Virus record (IMG/VR): IMGVR_UViG_3300046804_001245
Span: 32,001 to 96,000 of that record
Strand: one strand, 5' to 3'
From: a virus
Length of the DNA stretch: 64,000 nucleotides
The notes beneath the pieces are model-generated. The model did not search any database, had not been told where the DNA came from, and saw nothing but the letters and a program-made list of their open reading frames with translations. Of the stretch, positions 55,579 to 64,000 are shown piece by piece (position 1 is the first letter of the stretch; each line of letters starts with the position of its first letter). A program made the position numbers and the translations under genes.

Positions 55579-55960
55579 TGAAAATAACGTAGTAACTCAA
55601 GTAATCGTTGGTCGTAACGAAGATGAAATTGTTGATGGCATTTCTGACTGGGAAGCTCATTATGCAGAAGTATATGGACAAGTATGCAAGCGTACATCAT
55701 ATAATTCAATGGGCGGAAAAAAGAGAAACCCAGAAACAAATGAAATGACAGATCAACCAGGCTTTAGAAAGAATTATGCTGGCATTGGCTATACATATGA
55801 TGCATCTCGTGACGCATTTATTCCACCTAAGCCTTTTAATTCTTGGGTATTAAATGAAGATACATGCCTATGGGATGCACCTACATCATATCCAACAGAT
55901 GGACAATTCTATCGTTGGAGTGAAGATGATCTCAATTGGCAGTTAGTATCAATGGAGTAA
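55556..55960 (+). CDS. conserved fibre-region protein
   Basis: TTG start after AAGGAGG; AHYSFLDENNVV...RTSYN...FRKNYAGIGYTYD..RDAFIPP. Confidence 0.75.
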   Translation: MAHYSFLDENNVVTQVIVGRNEDEIVDGISDWEAHYAEVYGQVCKRTSYNSMGGKKRNPETNEMTDQPGFRKNYAGIGYTYDASRDAFIPPKPFNSWVLNEDTCLWDAPTSYPTDGQFYRWSEDDLNWQLVSME

Positions 55961-55966
55961 TATAAA

Positions 55967-57298
55967 TTGACTAGAGCAAGAGATGTTGCTAACGTTCTTT
56001 CTACCGCCACCGCTTTGGCGACGGATACAGAAACAGCGGCAGCCATCTCTTCCCACGCAACAGCAGCAAATGGTCATGTAGGCCGTGGTAACACGGCATC
56101 AAGACCAGCATCTCCTGCAACTGGCGATCTGTATTATGATACAACAATAAATAATCTTATTAAATATAATGGAACTGCTTGGGTAGAGATATCACCAGTT
56201 CCAAATGCACCAACATCTGTTTCTGCTACTGGTGGAACTTTACAAGCAGTAGTATCATTTACTGCACCTACAAACACTGCCGTAAACTCCTACACAGTAA
56301 CCTCATCTCCAGGTAATATAACAGGATCTGGTGCATCGTCACCAGTAACCGTAACAGGCTTAACAGCTGGAACTTCATATACATTTACAGTAGTCGCTTT
56401 AAATTCAAATGGAACATCATCTGCATCATCGGCAAGTAATAGTGTTACTCCAACAAATGCAACATTTTCTGTTGATTATCTTGTAGTTGCTGGTGGTGGC
56501 GGCGGCGCTGGATATCCTTATGGTGGTGGCGGTGGGGCAGGAGGTACACGCTCTACAGTAACTGCTACAGGCGGTGGCGGTGCCCTTGAAACTGTTTTAA
56601 GTTTATCTACTAGTACTCTTTATTCTACTACTGTTGGAGCAGCTGGAACAGCTGGTCCTTCAGGATCAAGTGGCGGAAGTGGAGGTAATTCTATATTTGG
56701 TACAATTACATCTACGGGCGGAGGAGGCGGAGCAATTAATAGTTCTAATGGTTTGCCAGGTGGTTCTGGTAGTGGTAGTGGTGGAAAAACTTCTCCTGTT
56801 GGCGGAGCAAGAACTGCAAGCCCAGTTCAAGGTAATAATGGTGGAACAGGATTAACCGATAGTGCTACTTACGCTAATGGTGGCGGTGGTGGAGGTGCTG
56901 GCGCTGTAGGTGGTAATGCTACATCAGGCGCTGGAGGCAATGGTGGTAATGGTGTAGCCATATCAATTACTGGTTCATCTGTAACTTATGCTGGTGGTGG
57001 TGGTGGCACTGGAACTGGTAGCGGTGGAACTGGTGGAACTGGCGGTGGTGGTAATGGAGTTCAAGGTGGTAACGGCGTTGCTGGAACAATAAATAGCGGT
57101 AGCGGAGGCGGTGCTGGTCAAAACGGTCCAGGAACTGCTTCAGGTGGAGCTGGTGGTTCAGGAATAATAATTTTACGTTATCCAGATACCAGAACAATTT
57201 CATTTGGTGCAGGATTAACTGGAACAGAAGGTGCAGCATCTGGTGGATATAAAGTTGCAACAATAACTGCTGGTACTGGAAATGTGAGCTGGACATAA
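55967..57298 (+). CDS. Fn3 plus glycine-rich fibre/adhesin
   Basis: Fn3, YLVVAGGGGG, GSGIIILRYP. Confidence 0.8.
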   Translation: MTRARDVANVLSTATALATDTETAAAISSHATAANGHVGRGNTASRPASPATGDLYYDTTINNLIKYNGTAWVEISPVPNAPTSVSATGGTLQAVVSFTAPTNTAVNSYTVTSSPGNITGSGASSPVTVTGLTAGTSYTFTVVALNSNGTSSASSASNSVTPTNATFSVDYLVVAGGGGGAGYPYGGGGGAGGTRSTVTATGGGGALETVLSLSTSTLYSTTVGAAGTAGPSGSSGGSGGNSIFGTITSTGGGGGAINSSNGLPGGSGSGSGGKTSPVGGARTASPVQGNNGGTGLTDSATYANGGGGGGAGAVGGNATSGAGGNGGNGVAISITGSSVTYAGGGGGTGTGSGGTGGTGGGGNGVQGGNGVAGTINSGSGGGAGQNGPGTASGGAGGSGIIILRYPDTRTISFGAGLTGTEGAASGGYKVATITAGTGNVSWT

Positions 57299-58719
57299 TG
57301 GCAAACAAAGACTTTAAAGTAAAAAATGGTTTGGATATCCAAACTCCACTTCCTGTATCTATGGGTGGAACTGGACAAACTTCTACTACTAATACTTTAA
57401 ATTCTTTGTTGCCACCTCAATCTGGTAACACAAATAAAGTTTTACAAACTGATGGAACAAATACTCAATGGTATACAGTTCCTGCAGCATATACAAGGGG
57501 CGGAACAGCAAGTAGACCAGCATCTCCAACAGCAGGAGATCTATTCTTCAATACAGATAAAAAAGCATTTGAAGTATGGACTGGTAGCGCTTGGGTATCA
57601 TTAATTGCAAATGGAGCAGTTCCTCTACCTCCAACAATTGGAACAGCAACGGTAAGTGGACTTACCGCATCAGTTCCATTTACAGGTCCTACAGATTTTG
57701 GCGATGCAGCAATTTCTTCATATACAGCAACTTCAAATCCAGGCGGGATTACAGGAAGCGCAGCATCTTCTCCTATATCAGTATCAGGACTTACTGCAAA
57801 TACCTCATATACCTTTACCGTAACTGCCACAAATAGTTATGGAACATCAAATGCATCATCTGCATCAAATTCAATTACAACAGCTACAACTCCAGGTGCT
57901 CCAACATCTGTCACAGCAGTAGGTACTGGAATTAATGGGGAGGCTCTTGTTTCCTGGACTGCGCCTGCATCAAATGGCGGTAGCGCAATAACAGATTATG
58001 CTGTGCAATATTCATCAAATTCAGGATCATCATGGACCACATTTAGCGACGGAACATCAACATCAACATCTGCTACAGTTACAGGATTAACAATAGATAC
58101 AGCATATATATTTAGAGTGGCGGCAGTAAATATAATTGGAACAGGATCATATTCAACAGCAAGCTCCTCATATACTCCAGTTGCAAATGAAATTGAATCA
58201 ATGGATCCTTTACAAGTCGTAACAGTTGGTTCTACTGGAACATCTTCTATAACATTTAGTAATATTCCTAATACTTATAAACATCTACAAATAAGAATGC
58301 TTACTAAATCTGATGCGGGTGGCACAACAGGAAATGATAATATCTATATTAGATACAATAGTGATGCTGGCAGTAATTATTCTTGGCATTATTTAGCAGG
58401 AAGTGGTTCAGCTGCCTCCAATGGTGGAAGTCCTAATAGTAGTTGGCTACTTAGTGGTAAATTAGGAAATTCTAATGTTGCTAATATATTTGGAGTTTCA
58501 ATTGTAGACATATTAGATTATTCAAATACTAATAAATATAAAACTCAAAAAGCACTTTCTGGAATAGAACTTAATGGAGTACAAAATTCTAATATGTATT
58601 TCTCATCTGGATCTTGGAGAAATAATAATGCCATTACAAGTATTACAATTATTAATGGCGATGTTACAAATTGGGTTCAAAATAGTCAATTTGCACTATA
58701 TGGGATAAAATCATTATGA
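57298..58719 (+). CDS. Fn3-containing fibre/adhesin
   Basis: KDFKVKNGL start, two Fn3, ITFSNIP..HLQIR C-domain. Confidence 0.8.
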   Translation: MANKDFKVKNGLDIQTPLPVSMGGTGQTSTTNTLNSLLPPQSGNTNKVLQTDGTNTQWYTVPAAYTRGGTASRPASPTAGDLFFNTDKKAFEVWTGSAWVSLIANGAVPLPPTIGTATVSGLTASVPFTGPTDFGDAAISSYTATSNPGGITGSAASSPISVSGLTANTSYTFTVTATNSYGTSNASSASNSITTATTPGAPTSVTAVGTGINGEALVSWTAPASNGGSAITDYAVQYSSNSGSSWTTFSDGTSTSTSATVTGLTIDTAYIFRVAAVNIIGTGSYSTASSSYTPVANEIESMDPLQVVTVGSTGTSSITFSNIPNTYKHLQIRMLTKSDAGGTTGNDNIYIRYNSDAGSNYSWHYLAGSGSAASNGGSPNSSWLLSGKLGNSNVANIFGVSIVDILDYSNTNKYKTQKALSGIELNGVQNSNMYFSSGSWRNNNAITSITIINGDVTNWVQNSQFALYGIKSL

Positions 58720-59915
58720 GCACATATACTCCTATTGCTTCACAAACCTTATCTAGTTCACAGTCGTCTGTTATATTTTACGGAATACCACAAATATATA
58801 CAGATTTAGTTTTAGTCCTTGATTGTAAAGTATCTTCTAATGATGATTTATATTTAAGATATAATGGTGATTTTGGAAGCAATTATTCTAATATAACTTT
58901 AAGAGGAAATGGCTCTACTGCTTCATCTACAAGGGGTAACAGCACAAGCGGATCTCGTATATCAGATATGGGTTCTCCCACAACAACAAATTCATGCACA
59001 TCTTTTATTAATATACAAAATTATAGCAATAATGAAACATTCAAAACACTAATCAGTAGAAGTAATAACGCATCTACTGGTTTAGATTTTATGGTTTCTT
59101 TATGGAGAAATACAAGTGCTATAGCATCAGTTCAAGTTTATTGTGGAGGAGGAGCTAGTCTTTCTGCAGGATCAACATTCAAGCTTTATGGAATTAATTC
59201 AAGTCTTTCTGCACAAGCTAAAGCAACTGGCGGAGATAGCATTTATAGAGATTCTTCTTATTGGTATCATATATTTAATAAATCTGGCACTTTAACCCCA
59301 TACACTTCAATATCTAATGTTGATTATTTGGTAGTAGCAGGTGGTGGAAGTGGAGGAACAAGATTTGGCGGTGGCGGCGGTGCAGGAGGTATGATTACTG
59401 GTAGCGGCATGTCACTTACAGCACAAGCTTATACAGTAACCGTTGGTGCTGGTGCAGCAAGACAAACTGCAAACTCAAATTTTGGTTTTGCTGGAAGCAA
59501 TTCTATTTTTAATGGACAAACTGCTTATGGAGGAGGTCTTGGTGGAGGTAACGGTGGCGGCGGTAATGGAGGTTCAGGAGGCGGCGGCGGACAAAGTTCA
59601 GGCGGAGGTACAGGTACTTCAGGACAAGGAAATAACGGCGCTAACGGAAGTTGGAGCGGCCAGTATTCAGGCGGCGGTGGTGGCGGTAAAGGTTCTGCTG
59701 GATCTTCAGGCACTGGTGGAAGTGGACAGGCAAGTTCTATAAGTGGAACATCTGTAACGTATGCCGCTGGTGGAAATGGTTCTGACTACTATGCTAATAC
59801 TCAAGGAGCTACAGGTGCTGCAAATACAGGTAACGGCGGCGGTGGTTCAGGCGGAGATTCTAATCCTTCTGGCGCTGGTGGTTCGGGAATAGTGATAGTG
59901 AGGTATCCAGTATAA
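58716..59915 (+). CDS. IPQ.YTDL domain plus glycine-rich domain protein
   Basis: Paralog N-domain, AKATGG..YWYH.F..SGT, YLVVAGGG, GSGIVIVRY. Confidence 0.8.
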   Translation: MSTYTPIASQTLSSSQSSVIFYGIPQIYTDLVLVLDCKVSSNDDLYLRYNGDFGSNYSNITLRGNGSTASSTRGNSTSGSRISDMGSPTTTNSCTSFINIQNYSNNETFKTLISRSNNASTGLDFMVSLWRNTSAIASVQVYCGGGASLSAGSTFKLYGINSSLSAQAKATGGDSIYRDSSYWYHIFNKSGTLTPYTSISNVDYLVVAGGGSGGTRFGGGGGAGGMITGSGMSLTAQAYTVTVGAGAARQTANSNFGFAGSNSIFNGQTAYGGGLGGGNGGGGNGGSGGGGGQSSGGGTGTSGQGNNGANGSWSGQYSGGGGGGKGSAGSSGTGGSGQASSISGTSVTYAAGGNGSDYYANTQGATGAANTGNGGGGSGGDSNPSGAGGSGIVIVRYPV

Positions 59916-61243
59916 TGGCTAACGAAAATATAAAAGCAATAAAAACTGTTACAGTTGGTGCAGGAGGAGCAACATATATTGATTTTGATAATATCCCACA
60001 AATATATACTGATTTAATGATAAAAATTTCTGCTCGTTCTAGCAGAAATGACTATTCTACAAATTTTACAAATATAAGATTTAATAGTTCAACAAGCGGT
60101 TATTCTTATAAAAATTTAGTAGCTCAAGCAGCAAACTCACCAATATCTCAAAGTAGCAATACTTTAACATATGCTTATCTTGGCTACACAAATCAAACAA
60201 ATAACAATTCAGGAATATTTTCAAATCTTGAAATTTATATTCCTAACTATAAATCAAGTAATAATAAATCATTTAGCTCTGATTCTGTAATGGAAGCAAA
60301 TGATACTACTAATAATAATATGGGATTTTTTACAAGCTTATGGTCAAACTCAGCAGCCATTACATCTATAAGGCTTGCTGCAGGTGAAGGTGGTGCTAAT
60401 TTTAGCGATTATAATTTTTTAGAGCATACAACTGCTACTCTATATGGAATAACTGTTTATACTGATGAAGTAAGCCCTAAAGCATCTGGTGGTAGAGTTA
60501 CAAGCGATGCTAGTTACTGGTATCATACATTTACAAATAGTGGAACTCTTACACCATCTCAATCAGTAACAGCAGATGTTCTTGTTATTGCTGGTGGCGG
60601 AGGAGCGGGATATAACTGGGGCGGTGGCGGTGGCGCAGGAGGATTATTGTATAATGCATCACAGTCATTAGTAAATGGCACTAATTATGTTACAACAATT
60701 GGTGGTGGAGGAGCTGGAAGTAATCCTAATTATGGACGTGGAACCAATGGAACAAATTCATCTTTTATTGGAGGAGCTATTTCTTTAACTGCTACAGGCG
60801 GCGGCGCAGGTGGCGGTGGTAATTCTGGAGGTAGTGGAAACAACGGAGCTAGCGGTGGCTCAGGTGGCGGAGGCTGTGGGCAAAATAGCTCATTTGGCGC
60901 AGGCTCAGGCGGCGGAGGTACACCAGGACAGGGAAATAACGGAGCTGGAAATCAAAGTGGTTATGGCGGCGGTGGTGGTGGTGCAGGTGCTGCAGCTACT
61001 AGTACTAGTGGAGGCAATGGATCATCTTCATATTCTTCGTGGGGCTTAGCAACCAGCACAGGACAAAATATTTCTGGAACATACTGGTATGCAGGAGGAG
61101 GTTGTGGTTCTTCAGGCGTTGGAGGTAACGGCGGCGGAGGTTCATATGGAACCCCTGGAATGGTCAGCACAGGCGGCGGTGCAGGAGGAGACTTCAATGG
61201 AACTGGCGGCTCAGGAATAATAATCATTAGATACGCTAAATAA
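59915..61243 (+). CDS. IPQ.YTDL domain plus glycine-rich domain protein
   Basis: Same architecture as upstream gene. Confidence 0.8.
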   Translation: MANENIKAIKTVTVGAGGATYIDFDNIPQIYTDLMIKISARSSRNDYSTNFTNIRFNSSTSGYSYKNLVAQAANSPISQSSNTLTYAYLGYTNQTNNNSGIFSNLEIYIPNYKSSNNKSFSSDSVMEANDTTNNNMGFFTSLWSNSAAITSIRLAAGEGGANFSDYNFLEHTTATLYGITVYTDEVSPKASGGRVTSDASYWYHTFTNSGTLTPSQSVTADVLVIAGGGGAGYNWGGGGGAGGLLYNASQSLVNGTNYVTTIGGGGAGSNPNYGRGTNGTNSSFIGGAISLTATGGGAGGGGNSGGSGNNGASGGSGGGGCGQNSSFGAGSGGGGTPGQGNNGAGNQSGYGGGGGGAGAAATSTSGGNGSSSYSSWGLATSTGQNISGTYWYAGGGCGSSGVGGNGGGGSYGTPGMVSTGGGAGGDFNGTGGSGIIIIRYAK

Positions 61244-61288
61244 TCTAATGCTATAATTAAATATCCAATAAAGGGAGAGTGAACTGAA

Positions 61289-63388
61289 TTGGCAGATAAA
61301 GACTTTAAAGTTAAAAATAAGCTATTTGTTAATGGCTTATCTAATGCATCTGGCGTCATTCTCGCTACAAATAATAATTTAGATTCATCTACTACGCTTC
61401 CGACCCAATATGGCGGAACTGGAACAACAACATCGCCAAATGCTGGTCAAATTCCGTACTCTTCTTCAGGAACAAATTATGCTCCTACTGATCTTTCTTC
61501 ATTAACTATATCAAGTAGTGGTGGGTCTACTATTACTGCCGCTTCGGCATCTACAAAGGGTTTAACTATACAGGGCGCAGCATCCCAAACCGCCAATCTT
61601 ACAGAATGGCAGAATAGTAGTGGAACTGTTATTTCAAAAATACGTAGCGATGGTCAATTTTATGCATATGGATCACAATATGGCGGATCACAATATGGTT
61701 CTATAGGAGCTTTAGGTCTAGCAGTTGGTGGACAGTCTGGAGAAACATCAATTCACTATGCTGGTGGAAGTTTAACAGTTAGGTCATCAACTACTGGAGA
61801 GTCGTCATCTGGCTCTGCTTGGACAAATAATACATCAGCATTAATTGGAACAGGATATGCTGGAGGAATTGGTTTAATTATAAAATCTGTTGCCTCCCAA
61901 ACCGCAGACCTACAACAGTGGCAGAATAATGCTGGTACAGTAAATGCCCGAATTGATGCTTATGGAACATTCCAAAACGGAACTGCTAGTGGTTATGGTG
62001 CTTGGATAAATGTTCAACCTGCGCTGGCTTCTGATAAAGGTATAATTATCCGTGGCGCTGCCTCCCAAACTGCCGACCTTCAACAATGGCAAAATAGTTC
62101 TGGTACAATACTGGCTTCAGTTTCAAGTATAGGAACAATAAGGTCAAACATATTTGCAAATACAACAGGTGGACTCACTTATATTGCAACAAACTTTGAC
62201 ACTTCTGGCATAGGTATTGTTACATCAAGTGCAGCGCAAAAAGGTTTAATTGTACGTGGCTCAGCCTCTCAAACCGCCAATCTTCAAGAATGGCAGAATT
62301 CAAGTGGCACAGCATTATCTTATATAACTAAAGACGGAACTTTAGATTTAAGAAATACTTCTGCAACAGCATTTGCATTTTCAAATTCTGGAACTGTTGG
62401 TCCAAAAATTGATTTATGGGGCGGACAATATGGAATTGGTATAGTTGCAGGAAGAATGAGTTTTTTTACTCCAGCATCAGGCGGTATAGCATTAAAACAA
62501 GATTCTTATTCAGGAACTAGCGTATTTGATGTAGCATATAATGGTGCTGCATCAATATTTCTTCAATCAGCATCTGCAGTTGGTCTAATAGTCAAAGGAG
62601 CCGCCTCCCAAACCGCCAACCTTCAAGAGTGGCAGAATAGTAGCGGTACAGTATTAGCTTCAGTAGATTCTTATGGAAATATGGTCTCACAAGCACTATC
62701 AACTGGAATAACAAGAGTATCTTTTGCTGGATCATACGGTGCTTCATTAAATGTTATTCCTTATGGAACAGCGCAACAAGGCATAATTGTTAGAGCCGTC
62801 GCCTCCCAAACCGCCAATCTTCAAGAATGGCAGAATAGCAGTGGTACTGTACTTGCTTCAATTTCAGCAGCAGGAAATTTAACAGTTCAAGATCTTACAG
62901 TAAATGGAACCACCACAACAATTAATTCAACTACTTTAACTGTAGATGATAAAAATATAGAATTAGCTTCTGTTGCTTCTCCTACTGATACCACCGCCGA
63001 TGGCGCTGGTATTACAATTAAAGGTGCAACTGATAAAACATTTAATTGGGTACAGTCTACAGGAGCATTTACTTCATCTGAGCCTATTTCTACCCCCGCC
63101 CTTTCTGTATCTGGGAACTCGGTTTCCTCAAATATTACTTTGGCGGCGGGAAAGAGATATTTTGTAGATACCACTTCTGCTAGAACATTAACATTGCCAG
63201 CATCTCCTTCTCTTGGAGACGAAATTAAAATATTTGATGCATCTGGGACGGCGGCAACAAATAATATAACAATAGCCAGAAACGGAAACAAGATTAATGG
63301 AATAACAGATGATGCTATAATAGATGTAAATCAAGCAAGCTCAGCATTTGTATATACAGGAGCGACGGTAGGATGGAGGTTTGAATAA
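61289..63388 (+). CDS. tail fibre protein with six SQTAxLxxWQN repeats
   Basis: DKDFKVKN start; LTVNGTTTTINSTTLTVDDKNIEL; C-terminal VDT...TLPASP..GDEI. Confidence 0.8.
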   Translation: MADKDFKVKNKLFVNGLSNASGVILATNNNLDSSTTLPTQYGGTGTTTSPNAGQIPYSSSGTNYAPTDLSSLTISSSGGSTITAASASTKGLTIQGAASQTANLTEWQNSSGTVISKIRSDGQFYAYGSQYGGSQYGSIGALGLAVGGQSGETSIHYAGGSLTVRSSTTGESSSGSAWTNNTSALIGTGYAGGIGLIIKSVASQTADLQQWQNNAGTVNARIDAYGTFQNGTASGYGAWINVQPALASDKGIIIRGAASQTADLQQWQNSSGTILASVSSIGTIRSNIFANTTGGLTYIATNFDTSGIGIVTSSAAQKGLIVRGSASQTANLQEWQNSSGTALSYITKDGTLDLRNTSATAFAFSNSGTVGPKIDLWGGQYGIGIVAGRMSFFTPASGGIALKQDSYSGTSVFDVAYNGAASIFLQSASAVGLIVKGAASQTANLQEWQNSSGTVLASVDSYGNMVSQALSTGITRVSFAGSYGASLNVIPYGTAQQGIIVRAVASQTANLQEWQNSSGTVLASISAAGNLTVQDLTVNGTTTTINSTTLTVDDKNIELASVASPTDTTADGAGITIKGATDKTFNWVQSTGAFTSSEPISTPALSVSGNSVSSNITLAAGKRYFVDTTSARTLTLPASPSLGDEIKIFDASGTAATNNITIARNGNKINGITDDAIIDVNQASSAFVYTGATVGWRFE

Positions 63389-64000
63389 TGCCAATTAAAA
63401 AATCTTCTAGCGGAAATACTCCAAAGGGAACTACTTCTGATAGACCATCAAGCCCTGTATCTGGCGACATATTTTCAAACACTCAATTAGGATATCCAGA
63501 ATTTTATAATGGGACAACATGGATTCCTATTGGCGCAGTGCCAACTGCTCCAACTTCTGTCGTTGCCACAAATACTGGATCTAGTAGAGCATTTAATGAT
63601 GGTAGAGCATCTGTTGCTTTCTCACCAGGTACAGTTCCTGGATCTACATACACAGTTACATCTTCACCTGGCGGATTTAATAATACAGGAGGATCTTCTC
63701 CAATTGCTGTAACAGGTCTACAATCAAATACATCTTATACGTTTACAGTTACTTCATCTAGCGTATACGGCACATCAGCAGCATCTTCTGCATCAGCAGC
63801 AATTACTGCAACTACCGTACCAGCAACTATGTCTGCTCCAACTGCAACAAATGTTACTGGAATAGCATATGGATCTTCTCCACAAGCTTCAGTTGCATTT
63901 ACAGCTCCTGCAACAGGCGGATCAACAATAACTTCATACACAGTAACCTCATCTGGAGGGCATACAAATACAGGCTCATCTTCTCCAATAGTTGTTACTG
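63388..64000 (+). CDS. Fn3-containing fibre protein (3' truncated by window)
   Basis: MPIKKSS..GTTSDRPSSP..GD, Fn3 close to that of 52342..53667; no stop before window end. Confidence 0.75.
   Translation, partial: MPIKKSSSGNTPKGTTSDRPSSPVSGDIFSNTQLGYPEFYNGTTWIPIGAVPTAPTSVVATNTGSSRAFNDGRASVAFSPGTVPGSTYTVTSSPGGFNNTGGSSPIAVTGLQSNTSYTFTVTSSSVYGTSAASSASAAITATTVPATMSAPTATNVTGIAYGSSPQASVAFTAPATGGSTITSYTVTSSGGHTNTGSSSPIVVT

Overview
64 kb of a large, low-GC tailed phage genome. The host is very probably an actinobacterium, likely a freshwater type: the window has WhiB, an Lsr2-like protein, FmdB, many leaderless genes and actinobacterial promoter motifs. 1-9 kb: replication/recombination (DnaE C-terminus, MazG-like, RecA, Cas4-like and RuvC-like nucleases), a sugar/nucleotide-modification cluster, and terminase. 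9-24.6 kb: tRNA(CAT), Hsp20, secreted/membrane proteins with a CHAP endolysin, WhiB, Ntn-hydrolase, subtilase, pyrimidine-dimer glycosylase, thioredoxin and a host-like surface protein. 24.6-37.2 kb: a minus-strand island of about 35 small genes plus tRNA-Asp, probably the early/host-takeover region and possibly a long terminal repeat. 37-43 kb: HNH, lytic transglycosylase, GT4 and class II ribonucleotide reductase. 43.5-64 kb: a long array of modular fibre/adhesin genes with an HNH insertion. The most striking signal is non-coding. At least 19 exact copies of TGTCRG-N10-TANNNT drive the island; this is the actinobacterial PafBC/RecA-NDp DNA-damage promoter. Seven of them have CRP-type TGTGA-N6-TCACA boxes upstream. 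The downstream genes share an AACGAAAGGAA leader, and a structured sRNA inside the island carries its exact antisense. MraZ-like, parS-like, WhiA-like and BldC-like sites and a fixed-spacing ~55 bp repeat also cluster here. This suggests a phage early programme wired to host stress regulators, with its own RNA off-switch. All motif counts were made by eye, and family names are from recognition rather than database searches.
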